DNA of 64,000 nt. Source: a virus. Below, one piece after another: positions 19,203 through 29,195 of the stretch. Made by a program: the position numbers and the translations under genes. The DNA lies in the IMG/VR virus record IMGVR_UViG_3300031463_000006, positions 3,925 through 67,924 of that record; one strand, given 5' to 3'. Each line of letters begins with the position of its first letter. Position 1 is the stretch's first letter. A model generated the notes under the pieces. That model ran no database searches, had not been told where the DNA came from, and saw only the letters and a list, made by a program, of their open reading frames with translations.

Positions 19203-20030
19203 TTACCATTGATAGCCGAGACGTCGCGCCTCGGCTCGTGCTTCCTCCCTCGTCATGCTGTTTGGCAGACCAGGCTTGAATGTCTTGCCGCCGTTTGTTT
19301 GCGGCGACGCTTGATTCTGTGGCCTCGGCGGCGGCGTTGCTGCCCCTGCCGGTGCGCGTTGCTGACGACGTGCATTCGGCGATGCTGCAAGCGCTGGCTT
19401 GCGCTCAACATATCGCTGAAACCATCGTGCAACATCTTTCTCCGTGTAACGCGCCACCTCGCGTGGATCGCGCTGCGCGATATCTCGAGCAAATGCAATC
19501 GCTGCTTCCTCGAGATATAGCGGGTTGACATGTCGCGATGCAATGCGCTCAACAAAGCTCTGTTGTTCGCGCACGATCTCACGTTCCTTCGCTTGTGCAA
19601 GCTCGCTGCGATATCGAATCGCTTCCTGTCGAGCACGATCGCGTTCGTACTTCATACGCTCGATCTCGCTCATCTGTGCGAGCCGCGCCGCTTCGGCTTG
19701 CTTCTCCAGTTCCTCGGCCTTGCGAAGTCGCTCGCGAATAGCGGCAGCATCGTCGGTACCAAACACGTCTCGAAGCGCCGCTGCCTTTGCCCGTCGCAAG
19801 CGTTCGTTCAACTCCTCCGTCGAGAGTTGAAGGCGTTTACTGCCGCTAGATTGCCTCGAGGGTGCGACGGCAGGTTGTGTCGGCTGTGTTGGGGCAGGGG
19901 ACGGCGACGGGCTCGTTGTCGGGCCAACTGCGCCAACCGGCGCACCGCTAGGAACCGGTGCACTCGTACTAGTAGAGACGGGGGCCGCTGGCGTCCCAGC
20001 GGCAATGGAACCTGTATTCGGATCTGACAC
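19203..20030 (-). CDS. Capsid scaffolding protein
   Basis: Pro-rich N-terminus and a coiled coil ('QMSEIERMK'), immediately upstream of the capsid gene. Confidence 0.7.
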   Translation of the reverse strand: MSDPNTGSIAAGTPAAPVSTSTSAPVPSGAPVGAVGPTTSPSPSPAPTQPTQPAVAPSRQSSGSKRLQLSTEELNERLRRAKAAALRDVFGTDDAAAIRERLRKAEELEKQAEAARLAQMSEIERMKYERDRARQEAIRYRSELAQAKEREIVREQQSFVERIASRHVNPLYLEEAAIAFARDIAQRDPREVARYTEKDVARWFQRYVERKPALAASPNARRQQRAPAGAATPPPRPQNQASPQTNGGKTFKPGLPNSMTREEARAEARRLGYQW

Positions 20031-20061
20031 GAGAATCCTCCCTTTACTCGTCTATATATTC

Positions 20062-20739
20062 TCAGACGTACTCGCTCATGCTGTCAAGCATTGCACTAAC
20101 ATCAACGCTCGATGCCACGAGCAACTTGATGTGAGCACTCGTTACCCCATCTGCCGGTGCAAATGCAATCTGTGTTTTGCTTGTATTCAATGCGGCTTGT
20201 CCCGCAGCGACAGCCGTACCGGGCGACATAATGATCTTCGCTCCCGTTGCGGTTCCAGTCAACGCCGTTGCTTCCAGCAACATGACGGCGCCGATCATTG
20301 TAATGTTCGTCGGCAACGCCAAAATTCCCGTTGTAGGATCCACAGTAAAATCGAATTCTTCGACGTCACCCTTCTCGGGCAGATACATTACATCGACGTC
20401 CGTCCATGCATCCGCGCCCCATGTAACGATCTTACCATTTGGCGCGATTGCATATTCGCCAGATGCAGGCGGATAACTAGCCGACTTGTTGAGCATGCCG
20501 GGAACACCCGCACCTGCCCGTGCATAAACCGAAAACACGGTTGCCGCCGGTGCGAGATCTGATTGCTTTGTCAATACATGCACATTCGATGCAACAAACG
20601 CATTTGTTGCAGTGCCGCTCTTGCGCAATGCCGTCGGAAGTGCGCGAAGCACGTCGCCAAACTTCATCGCGCGAAGAATATCCGAAAGCGTATTCAGATC
20701 CGAACGATTGATGCTTTGTTGCTTGATCTCGTTGCTCAT
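20062..20739 (-). CDS. Putative head decoration/structural protein
   Basis: Ala/Thr/Gly beta-rich composition; lies in the head module; GGAG RBS. Confidence 0.45.
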   Translation of the reverse strand: MSNEIKQQSINRSDLNTLSDILRAMKFGDVLRALPTALRKSGTATNAFVASNVHVLTKQSDLAPAATVFSVYARAGAGVPGMLNKSASYPPASGEYAIAPNGKIVTWGADAWTDVDVMYLPEKGDVEEFDFTVDPTTGILALPTNITMIGAVMLLEATALTGTATGAKIIMSPGTAVAAGQAALNTSKTQIAFAPADGVTSAHIKLLVASSVDVSAMLDSMSEYV

Positions 20740-20747
20740 GTTTGCTC

Positions 20748-21164
20748 CTATTGCCCTGTAATCGCATACTCGATTGTTGCAGAACCTTGTGCTTCAAGTA
20801 AGATCAACGGCGACGCGGCGGGGAATTCTATTACCGCAAGCCCGTTGACGAACAACTCGCGTATCAGCGGAGGACCAGACGGATTTAGCGGATCGGTTTG
20901 CGACAATCGAAGCAACACTTGCGAATCGCTGCGAAAGTATAGCAAATCTCCCTTCGTTACCGTATCGTCAACGCCAACTCCACTTAGCACAGCGAATGCG
21001 GGAGCTGCAACATTCACTCGTCGTTGCAGAACGCCCGTCGCCGCGCTGAAAGGCTTTGGCGATGGCGTCGTGCCGAGCGTCGTCGTGAAGATCGCTTGCG
21101 GGAATCCGGCGCCAACCTGCACCGGGCCACCAAGCACTGTTCCAGCAATCGAAACTTGTCCCAC
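20748..21164 (-). CDS. Hypothetical structural protein
   Basis: Tightly packed co-directional ORF with GTG start. Confidence 0.55.
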   Translation of the reverse strand: MGQVSIAGTVLGGPVQVGAGFPQAIFTTTLGTTPSPKPFSAATGVLQRRVNVAAPAFAVLSGVGVDDTVTKGDLLYFRSDSQVLLRLSQTDPLNPSGPPLIRELFVNGLAVIEFPAASPLILLEAQGSATIEYAITGQ

Positions 21165-21166
21165 GA

Positions 21167-21529
21167 CTAGATCCCCTTGAACGGCTTACGGCCATCACCG
21201 ATAGAGCCGACGCCAATCAATGGAGCACGAGGCGAACCCGTCGGCACGTCAGCCAAAGGAACACGTTGCCCGCTTTGTTTGATCGTGCTTTCCGGATTTA
21301 GGTCCTCGGGCTCGCCGCTTTTCTGTGCACTCTTGCCACCCTTGGTGAAGTCGATCGGCGTTGCACCGGTTGGCCCTGTACCTACGGGGTTCGCGACGAA
21401 ATCGGCACCTGGCCCTCCAGGCGTTGCACCCGCGGGATTCTTCGTGAAGTCGTTGCCTGCCATCTTTCCATCTCCTGGTCCACCAAACGGATTGGTCTTC
21501 CCATCGCCCGTTGTCTTCCCATCACCCAT
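21167..21529 (-). CDS. Gly/Pro-rich small protein with repeated GDGK and DFxxNPxG motifs
   Basis: GAGG RBS; internal peptide repeats. Confidence 0.6.
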   Translation of the reverse strand: MGDGKTTGDGKTNPFGGPGDGKMAGNDFTKNPAGATPGGPGADFVANPVGTGPTGATPIDFTKGGKSAQKSGEPEDLNPESTIKQSGQRVPLADVPTGSPRAPLIGVGSIGDGRKPFKGI

Positions 21530-21532
21530 GAT

Positions 21533-21844
21533 TCACCTCGTCAGCTTGAATGGAACCTTGCCGGCGTCGTTGATTGGCCCGGCCTCTGGCCATGGAATCG
21601 CATCAGGATATACCGGTGCCGGTGCATTCGCATTCGGCCCGCTAACATCCTTCACTTCATCGTCACCGACCTCGCGATCTGGAACACGTGCGGCGCGCAA
21701 CGCTTCGTTGTTCGTCGCCCCCGTGTCGGCGCTATTCTTTGCAATCACCTGTGCTGGAAGCGGTGCTTGAATACGCACAAACTTCCCGTCGCTTCTTCGC
21801 CCGATTGTCGGTTCTGGCGTCGTCAACTTGAATGGCTTCGGCAT
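21533..21844 (-). CDS. Pro-rich small protein with PFKLT at both termini
   Basis: Likely start MPKPFKLT at 21844 after AGGT; ends KVPFKLTR. Confidence 0.55.
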   Translation of the reverse strand: MPKPFKLTTPEPTIGRRSDGKFVRIQAPLPAQVIAKNSADTGATNNEALRAARVPDREVGDDEVKDVSGPNANAPAPVYPDAIPWPEAGPINDAGKVPFKLTR

Positions 21845-21891
21845 AGCATCACCTACTGCAACGATACCGCAAGTTGGAGGGGGCGTGCAAC

Positions 21892-22620
21892 TCAAGGAAC
21901 GCCAGGCGGGATGTATAGGCTTTCTTCGTAGGGGTTATCATCGGGGATTCCGCCTTCGAAATCTGGCGGAACAATAGCACTTTCCTTCAATACAAGCCGT
22001 TCCAAATCGATCCATCCGCGAAGTATTCGATCGCCAATCTGTAACATACCATTGCTTGTATGCTGAAACTTTCGGTCGCGTTGCCTGCCATACGGTTGAC
22101 CGTAATCGTATGATCGCAACGTTGCGGTCGCAAGTTCAAAGTAAACAAAGATCATGATATGATCGCTATTGGGCGCGCTTCCGCTAATATGCAGCACGTC
22201 ACCGGGCTTTGGTAACGCACCTTCTTCGGCGCGAACATATCCAGGCGCATTGACAAGTCTCGATACATTTGCGCCGACCTTCCACGGCACAACGCCGCCA
22301 TCCCAATCGCGATTGATGATGCGCTCGTCGCGTACACCAAGACACATCAAAAGCCAGTTGCCCAAATCGCCGCAAGACGAATACGACACCTCGGGTGAAC
22401 CACACGCGCGCCGACGTTCGTTTTCTTTGCGCCTGTTCTCGGTAACCCAATCATACACGGGGTCGCCTACATCGCGACCCTTCTCGCCATTCACGGCGAA
22501 ACGCCCAAGTGCAACCGCCGCCGCTCGCAAAATGGTTGGATCAACAAGCAATGCGCTTGGCTTGCCTGCAAGAATCTCCGCAATTGGAGCTCCGGGTCGT
22601 TGAAGAAATACTCGTTTCAT
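21892..22620 (-). CDS. Putative CHAP/NlpC-P60-like Cys-His amidase/peptidase
   Basis: 'YSSCGDLGNWLL...PKPGDVL...DHIMIF' spacing resembles CHAP-like enzymes. Confidence 0.5.
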   Translation of the reverse strand: MKRVFLQRPGAPIAEILAGKPSALLVDPTILRAAAVALGRFAVNGEKGRDVGDPVYDWVTENRRKENERRRACGSPEVSYSSCGDLGNWLLMCLGVRDERIINRDWDGGVVPWKVGANVSRLVNAPGYVRAEEGALPKPGDVLHISGSAPNSDHIMIFVYFELATATLRSYDYGQPYGRQRDRKFQHTSNGMLQIGDRILRGWIDLERLVLKESAIVPPDFEGGIPDDNPYEESLYIPPGVP

Positions 22621-22629
22621 AGTTGGCTC

Positions 22630-23847
22630 CTATTGAGCTAATGCTATTGCGTCGGCGGCGCCTTCTCGCGTCAATGCACCGCCACCTCGTACTTTGCGCA
22701 ATCGATCTATTGCTTGCTGCATCGTAAGATGTTCTGGACCAAGTCGCATCGCCATCGCAGCAATAATCGCAGAACGATTCATACCGCGCAAACACGTTAC
22801 AAACACGCGCTTCCCAAGTGCTCGTTGTTCGTTTACCCATCGTGCCGCATCGCGTGCGATAAGTGCATCGCGCAAACTCACAGGATCGTCGTACATCGGA
22901 GCATGATACACTTCGACGCCAGGAAACTTCTCATCTGGCGCTTGATACTCAACTGCCGCAAGCACAATTGCATCAAAGTAACGACCGATCTCAACGCCCT
23001 TTGGCGGCGCAGATCCAACCCACAAGCCTTCGGCCACTTGCGCCGCGTCAAATGGCATCGGATGCGATTCGCGTTCTCGTTGCGGCAATCGTTGTCGGCG
23101 TGCAACACGAATCTGCGCTTGCGTTTCTTCAGGCGTCGGCCATGGCAATCCAACCGCCTGCACAACTTCGGGCGGTGCAACGGGTCGCGGCGCCGATATC
23201 CCGAGATCAAGCGCGTGTAGGTATTCGCTTGCAGCTCGCGCAAACTTCGCAATCGAATCGTAGTTCTCTTCGATTGCGCGTCGTTGTTCTGGCGACGTCG
23301 GCTTGTACACGGCATGCTGCCATTGCGCAAATGCGTCGGCATGCTTGGTTCGTAGCTGCACTTCCTTCGCCAACCCATCGTCATCGATCACCGTGACGTG
23401 TCGCGCTCGATAACCAATCTCATTTGGCGCGTCGAACATATCGTCATCGTCAACAACGTCGAACTCGTCATGCAGTACACGTGCGGCCGCATCCACATCA
23501 TCGAGCGTATCAACAACAACCGATGCGCCCGTTACATCCTCAAGCTTTTCGGGTTCGTCGTACTTGTCAGCACGACGCGGTAACTTCTCGAGCATCGAAT
23601 GCAACGTCTTGAGTCGCACGCCAACTTTGGCATCAGGAAACAACTCGCGCAGTCGGCGCAGAAATGCCTCGGCCGATTTCGCATGCTTGCGCTGCACTCG
23701 TTTGGCTTCATTTTCAAGCGTATCCGCATCGCCATCAAGCTCATCATCTTCGATTGCGCTGCGTACCTTGTTACGAGCAACATCAAGCTCACGGTCGGCA
23801 ATCTCGTCGGCCAATACACCACGCGCCCAAGTCGTTAGCTTGCTCAT
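22630..23847 (-). CDS. RelA/SpoT-like nucleotidyltransferase fused to a dual-specificity (CX5R) phosphatase
   Basis: 'RLKTLHSMLEKL', 'LEDVTGASVV', 'GYRARH' and 'EVQLRT' (SYNTH motifs); C-terminal 'VTCLRGMNRSA' with upstream 'PMYDDP'. Confidence 0.85.
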   Translation of the reverse strand: MSKLTTWARGVLADEIADRELDVARNKVRSAIEDDELDGDADTLENEAKRVQRKHAKSAEAFLRRLRELFPDAKVGVRLKTLHSMLEKLPRRADKYDEPEKLEDVTGASVVVDTLDDVDAAARVLHDEFDVVDDDDMFDAPNEIGYRARHVTVIDDDGLAKEVQLRTKHADAFAQWQHAVYKPTSPEQRRAIEENYDSIAKFARAASEYLHALDLGISAPRPVAPPEVVQAVGLPWPTPEETQAQIRVARRQRLPQRERESHPMPFDAAQVAEGLWVGSAPPKGVEIGRYFDAIVLAAVEYQAPDEKFPGVEVYHAPMYDDPVSLRDALIARDAARWVNEQRALGKRVFVTCLRGMNRSAIIAAMAMRLGPEHLTMQQAIDRLRKVRGGGALTREGAADAIALAQ

Positions 23848-24911
23848 GCGCTTTCCCTACCAAATCGGTTGAGCGGTACGGTCGTCATGGTCGAAAGGTC
23901 GCGCGGCGGAGGTGCGCCACGACGTCTTTCGCGTCGCCAGGCGGCTGCAACCTCGGCGTCGCTACGCCATCGAAGCTCATCAGGAATGGGCCATGCGATG
24001 CGATGCGGCACGACAACTTCGCGGTCATTCGGCCGATTCGGCGGGTGCTGGTAGTATCCGCCGGCCCATTGAAAAGCCTCGTCTGGACGTCGTATCTGTC
24101 CGTGCACCTGATAGCTATCCCAACTGGTTCTATCGTCGAACGTTGCGCTAAGGATCTTTACCACGTCGCCGAGTTCGTCGTCTGCCGCGCGGATGCTTTC
24201 CCATCCGCTTCGATTCAAAGCTCCCATCGTTTCCGTTCGCACGATGCGCTCGGCCCAATAGCGCGGCGCGCCTTGCAGAAACGGGCTTCGCTCAATCAAT
24301 TCGGCACGCACGTCACCCCACGGCTTTCCGGTTGCGATGCCAACCTGAAGCACCTTCTCGAACTCGCCGATGGTTGCCATGCTGTACCTCGAAAGCACAC
24401 CGCCCTCGCGCATAGGTTGCGGCGGCACGGCCTCGGTAACGTCTTCGTCGGGCGATTCCTGCGCCGCTTCGGCTTCCTTCTCGCGAGTCGCTAAGCGGCG
24501 TAGCACCGACGCTTCCGCACCCGACACCGCACGCGACAACATCGAGGCTTCCCGTAACCCAAGCGGGCGCGCGCGCGCGCCAAGTTCCTGATTGGCGCTT
24601 TGCAAGTAATCGTACATACCAAGCGCGCCAAGCTCGGCCGCTTTGCGTGCAGTCGTTGTTGTTGTGCGCCCAAGTCGTTGCGCAAGATCTCGCATTACTG
24701 CGCGAAGCTGCGTCAACGTAGCTTGCATTTGCGCAACGCTAGTTGGCGTTGCAGCTCCGGCGCGAACCGCAACGTCGAGCCGGTGCGCAAGATCTTGCGT
24801 CGCCCGCTGCAACAAGGCTTCGACTTCCTTGCGCCCAACACGATCTGCCAGCGCAAGCGCTTGTTCGCGATTCAGGCGAAGCACATCAGCCGCGCGGCCG
24901 AGCCGTGGCAT
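23844..24911 (-). CDS. MuF / SPP1 gp7-like head morphogenesis (minor capsid) protein
   Basis: 'AERIVRTETMGALN', 'DDRTS...HGQ' and 'HPPNRPNDR'; follows the portal; GGAGG before the ATG at 24911. Confidence 0.85.
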   Translation of the reverse strand: MPRLGRAADVLRLNREQALALADRVGRKEVEALLQRATQDLAHRLDVAVRAGAATPTSVAQMQATLTQLRAVMRDLAQRLGRTTTTTARKAAELGALGMYDYLQSANQELGARARPLGLREASMLSRAVSGAEASVLRRLATREKEAEAAQESPDEDVTEAVPPQPMREGGVLSRYSMATIGEFEKVLQVGIATGKPWGDVRAELIERSPFLQGAPRYWAERIVRTETMGALNRSGWESIRAADDELGDVVKILSATFDDRTSWDSYQVHGQIRRPDEAFQWAGGYYQHPPNRPNDREVVVPHRIAWPIPDELRWRSDAEVAAAWRRERRRGAPPPRDLSTMTTVPLNRFGRESA

Positions 24912-26895
24912 CGCTCGCCTCCGTCTCGCGTGCTGCATTGCGGCGGCGTTCGTCTTCGATGGCAGCTTTCTCGCGTTCGACCGCAATGCGCTCGCTTGCC
25001 TTTGCCATCGACAAGAACTCGGCCACGGTCATGTCGCCATCGGCGCCCTCCAACGGCGGCAATCCCATTCGTTCGCGCAGCTCGTTCACGCGCATCATGC
25101 CGACTTGCTTGAGGTCTGCTCCGCGATCCAATACGCGGCTCCAGTTGCTGCGCGGCAATGCATCGGGCGGTAGCTCATCTTGGCTGCTAACTCGGCCGCC
25201 CATGCCGCCCATGCCTTGCCCCGTGTCGCCAAACATTTGCGCTTGTGCGGCTTCCTTTTCCTTCTTCTCGCGTTGAATGCGCTCCCAATCCGCCCGAGGA
25301 TCGATGCGCACAATACGCGCAGCCAAATCGGCTCCGCTTTCCTGCGAAAGCAACGAGCCGCTCACAAGCTGCGTCAGCGTGGTTGCGGTCTGTTGCTGGT
25401 CCTGCGCCGTCGGCGTGAAGTAGTCACCCCAATCGAACACAAGCACATCGCTCTTCCCGGGACGTTGTTCCTCATATTCGGTTCGTGTTTCGCCGGTAGG
25501 CTCGCCCGTTGTTTCGTCACGCTCTGGTACCTCAACGGCTCGCGGCGGCAAGTCCAGATAGAAGGAGCGCTCAACCTCGTTGCCTTGTTCGTCTTGCACG
25601 ACGGTCACAAGCTCGAGCGCGCGCCGTGCGCTACGAATCATCTGTACTAGCAACTCGCGAATTCCACGCTCATATTGCTCGCGCAAGATGTCTGCTTTAC
25701 CGAGCATCGGCGCATAGATAACCTTGAGCGCAACGCTGCTTGTTCCCGCGGCTCCGATCTGATTCGGGTCGGGAACCACGCATTGTGCTACCTCGAGCGC
25801 ACTTTCGCGCATCTTCGTGAAAAGCTGCGTGCCGACTTGTACGCTGGTTCCCTGAAGCTCCATGTAGTGAGCATCGCCTGTTTGCCCAACCAGCAATGCG
25901 TTATCCGAACCTTTGCTGACACCGGTACGCGCAACGATATCAGGATCTAGTTTTAGGATAAGCGTAGGATCAAGGTTCAACGTTGTGCCGCGCACAAGCG
26001 TCGAATGCAGAATGTCGAGCGCATCAAATGTCTCGTAAAGCCCTTCGTAATCTGTCGAACCGTCGATTTCTTCACTGTGTTCGCTTGGCAGATTTTGGAT
26101 CCAAACAAAGTGTGTGAATCCATCGCCGTGCGAGTAAGTGTTTGCTTCGTCGACAACCCATTGCGGATCTAATGACGGTGTGAACAATTGCTCATGGAAC
26201 GCCACATCGGCAACGGGCGTCCAATCTCGTCTGAACCAGTACCAGTTTCGCACAAAGCGCTTCTTGTTTTCGTCCCATTCATCACGCGGGAATTTGTAGA
26301 TCTCCATGACGTGACGCGGAATCAACCGCTCACGATCTTCCCACTCGTGCACGTACAAGTGTTTCGCGTTGTGCGCTTGCACTACCGGACGTCCTTTCAC
26401 GAACCGCCACGACAAGCCGACAGTGCCAACCATGCCACCGATCGTGCGAGCTCGAATCATCAACGTGCGAAGTCCAGCCGCATCAGCAAGTGCACGCACA
26501 AATTCTTCGGTCGTTTGATCTCCAGGGCATCCGATGCTCGGCCATCGCTGGTAACCAAACACAAGATTCGTAAACGAATCGACGATGACACGAGCGAGTC
26601 GGTATGGTGCACTTGGACGTCGCAAGCGTAGCGGCACATACCACGGCGAAGGCTCGCCGCTTAGGTTCGGCTGCCCGAGTAACGGGTTACCTGCTGGAAT
26701 TGGACGGCCCTCGAAGTCAAACTGTTTCCAGTCGTGTTGCGTGCACGAGTAGTAACTCTGCTTTCGATCAAGCAGCTTGTAGCGCTCGGATTCGATGATG
26801 CTGCGAGCGCGAAACTGTGGGCCTAGTGTTGTTTGATCAAGGCCGAAGCTGGACGCCACGAACACGTCCTGGCCGAATGCATAGGCTTGGCTCAT
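24886..26895 (-). CDS. Portal protein (SPP1 gp6-like)
   Basis: 'LARVIVDSFTNLVFG', 'GSTDYEGL' and 'SSVALKVIY' patterns; position before the MuF gene. Confidence 0.85.
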   Translation of the reverse strand: MSQAYAFGQDVFVASSFGLDQTTLGPQFRARSIIESERYKLLDRKQSYYSCTQHDWKQFDFEGRPIPAGNPLLGQPNLSGEPSPWYVPLRLRRPSAPYRLARVIVDSFTNLVFGYQRWPSIGCPGDQTTEEFVRALADAAGLRTLMIRARTIGGMVGTVGLSWRFVKGRPVVQAHNAKHLYVHEWEDRERLIPRHVMEIYKFPRDEWDENKKRFVRNWYWFRRDWTPVADVAFHEQLFTPSLDPQWVVDEANTYSHGDGFTHFVWIQNLPSEHSEEIDGSTDYEGLYETFDALDILHSTLVRGTTLNLDPTLILKLDPDIVARTGVSKGSDNALLVGQTGDAHYMELQGTSVQVGTQLFTKMRESALEVAQCVVPDPNQIGAAGTSSVALKVIYAPMLGKADILREQYERGIRELLVQMIRSARRALELVTVVQDEQGNEVERSFYLDLPPRAVEVPERDETTGEPTGETRTEYEEQRPGKSDVLVFDWGDYFTPTAQDQQQTATTLTQLVSGSLLSQESGADLAARIVRIDPRADWERIQREKKEKEAAQAQMFGDTGQGMGGMGGRVSSQDELPPDALPRSNWSRVLDRGADLKQVGMMRVNELRERMGLPPLEGADGDMTVAEFLSMAKASERIAVEREKAAIEDERRRNAARETEASDATARPRG

Positions 26896-26904
26896 GCAAC
26901 GAGT

Positions 26905-27150
26905 TTAGCGCGAACCGCGCGCAGATTGCATCCGCGCATGCACGCTGCCCGTCAAAGGCGGTTCCGGCTGCGATAATGGCGGCGGCGATGGTGGTTGCCA
27001 CATCATTGCTCGCGCTTGCGGCGTCAATGGTTCTTGGGGCGGCACGGCGTCGAACTCATCATTGCACGCGCCCGCGCCACCAAATCGCATTGCAAGCGCA
27101 AAGCATCGTTCGCCAAGACGCTCCAAGATGCTAGCGAGTAAACGTCGCAT
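26905..27150 (-). CDS. Hypothetical protein
   Basis: Overlaps the upstream stop and fills the gap before the portal gene. Confidence 0.45.
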   Translation of the reverse strand: MRRLLASILERLGERCFALAMRFGGAGACNDEFDAVPPQEPLTPQARAMMWQPPSPPPLSQPEPPLTGSVHARMQSARGSR

Positions 27151-27665
27151 TAGATTCCAATATGAATTCTACTAGGCGGCACAAATACGTCGCCAATTCG
27201 CACAACTTCGAGCAACGAACCCGGATAACCATAGTCCGTTTGAACAAAGAACTCCTTAGCACTTTCGGCTTGGAAAGTAAACCACGCGCCAGCTTCTAGT
27301 GCAAGCACAGCACTTGCGTGCAACGAATATCGCGCAGTTATCATGTTCGGCATGACTGGCATAACAAACATCCAATCGCGAATAGTCGTCTGAAAACTAA
27401 ACTGCGTTCCTCGTGTCAAGTGCAATCGCGCATTGAATGCAGCATTCGGACTTGGATCCGGATATCGCAACACAGCTGACATTGTTATAAGATACAATCC
27501 GGAATAATCGACGATTGTTCGATCCGGATTACTGCCGTTCGACACTTCGTACCTAACACCAAAATTTGGTACTTCGATTGCCGCATCGGCATCGAAGGCG
27601 AGTACATTGTCGCCAGCCAGTGTGCGATCAATGCTCGGTGCAAACCGTCCATGTATACTTCTCAT
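27150..27665 (-). CDS. Hypothetical C1q/TNF-like beta-jelly-roll protein
   Basis: 'YSGLYLITMSA...ASAVLALEAG...LLEVVRIG' pattern is typical of C1q-like fibre tips. Confidence 0.45.
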   Translation of the reverse strand: MRSIHGRFAPSIDRTLAGDNVLAFDADAAIEVPNFGVRYEVSNGSNPDRTIVDYSGLYLITMSAVLRYPDPSPNAAFNARLHLTRGTQFSFQTTIRDWMFVMPVMPNMITARYSLHASAVLALEAGAWFTFQAESAKEFFVQTDYGYPGSLLEVVRIGDVFVPPSRIHIGI

Positions 27666-28516
27666 GGCCGCACCCCAAGATATCCGATTGCGAATACCTG
27701 AACCGCCTCGACTGGCGGCGGGTTTACCGGTGTAAATGGCGTCGCTTCAATACTCGCCATGCCGCGTACATATACTCGTGCGCGTTTCATTCCGATCGGC
27801 ACTTCGAATTCGTGGTAATGCGGGATTTCGAACCCGGGTGCACTGCTTACCTGTCGTCGCACCATATACGAGTATCGTTCTACGGAACCCATCGGGTCAT
27901 CGGTAGTGACCCAATCAATTACGGGATCGTTGCCCGCTATGATAGCGCCTTTCAACGTCCAGCCTTCAAGCACTGCGTTATCGCTCCAAAGAACCATGAA
28001 ATCTGCGCCCCACAATGTTGATGTGCCTGTGGGCGATTCGATCCAAACTGCCAACCCCAACCGATTTACATTGTCTGGAATGTCAATGTAGTTTGCCGAA
28101 GTAAATTCAGCGATGCGATCTTGCTGTGGCTGCAATGCAGATTTGACATACGGTCGCAATGGCGTTGCGATATTGCGATTCTCAATCGGCAATCCGATTC
28201 TCGTATAATTCGACGTTGCCGTTACCGAAACTTGTGTCGCGTGCGTTAACCGAACATGCCCATCGACGACCGACGCAAGCCCTGGGAACACACCATTAAT
28301 TCGGGCTGCAACTGCGGCAGCGGTTGTATCTCCAGCATGCATTGTAACGACAGTTGGCGCGCCACCGCCCGCTGCGATTGTGACTGTTTCGCCACCAACA
28401 ATCGATGCAAAGTCGGCGGCCCAACCATCAATGATTGCTTGTGCACCGGGGCCCCACTGAAACTGAACTGGACTTCCGACGCTATTACGCACATTCGGCG
28501 GATAGATTGTTCCCAT
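27662..28516 (-). CDS. Hypothetical virion protein sharing a domain with the sheath insertions
   Basis: 'GGETVTI...GDTTAAAVAARING' resembles the sheath repeats. Confidence 0.5.
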   Translation of the reverse strand: MGTIYPPNVRNSVGSPVQFQWGPGAQAIIDGWAADFASIVGGETVTIAAGGGAPTVVTMHAGDTTAAAVAARINGVFPGLASVVDGHVRLTHATQVSVTATSNYTRIGLPIENRNIATPLRPYVKSALQPQQDRIAEFTSANYIDIPDNVNRLGLAVWIESPTGTSTLWGADFMVLWSDNAVLEGWTLKGAIIAGNDPVIDWVTTDDPMGSVERYSYMVRRQVSSAPGFEIPHYHEFEVPIGMKRARVYVRGMASIEATPFTPVNPPPVEAVQVFAIGYLGVRP

Positions 28517-28526
28517 TGTATTCTCC

Positions 28527-29171
28527 TTATGACGAGAATTCGATTACAACACACAATCCTTCTGGCCCCGTTGCGCTTGCATCTTCTTTATCGCGCAAGA
28601 TTACTTCGATTGTATCGTTCTGCACAAGTGAAGTGCTACCAGGTACAAATGTTGTCGAAGAAGCAATCGCATAATCACCCATTGCCGACGTAACTTGTGG
28701 TTCGTTTGCCGGTGCCGGGAATATGTTGGCTCCGTTGACAAGCACAGCAACGCGCGTTGTGCCTGCCGAACCAGCCGTTCGGCGCAGCAACCAAACACGA
28801 GCAATGGTGCGCGCCGCGATAACAAGCATCGGGCCATCGAACGACCCGTCCAAAATCGCGCCCGAGTAATCGCCCTCGAGCCGGAACACGAATGCCTCAG
28901 CCGCCATGGAACTACCTCCAGACATCAACACCCATCGCCCCGGTGCCGCCGGTGCGACGTCGTTTGGCTTGATTACCGTTGCCCCGTCGTCGGCCGCCGT
29001 GCTGAGCGCATCCCAGACAAAGAAGCCAGGTCCCAACCCAACCATGACGACCGCAAGCATGTTCGTCGCGAACCCGCTTGATGGCCCGAACGGCCGCAAT
29101 GCCGTCGGTCCACCATTAACGGCAACGAGCGGTCGAACTGCAATGCCTGGGGCTGGGAAGAAGAACGGCAC
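28527..29171 (-). CDS. Tailspike/fibre N-terminal-like protein
   Basis: 'GFFVWDALSTAADDGATVIKP...GRWV' motif, as seen at tailspike N-termini. Confidence 0.55.
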   Translation of the reverse strand: MPFFFPAPGIAVRPLVAVNGGPTALRPFGPSSGFATNMLAVVMVGLGPGFFVWDALSTAADDGATVIKPNDVAPAAPGRWVLMSGGSSMAAEAFVFRLEGDYSGAILDGSFDGPMLVIAARTIARVWLLRRTAGSAGTTRVAVLVNGANIFPAPANEPQVTSAMGDYAIASSTTFVPGSTSLVQNDTIEVILRDKEDASATGPEGLCVVIEFSS

Positions 29172-29195
29172 GGGAACCTCCGCACATCGAATATA

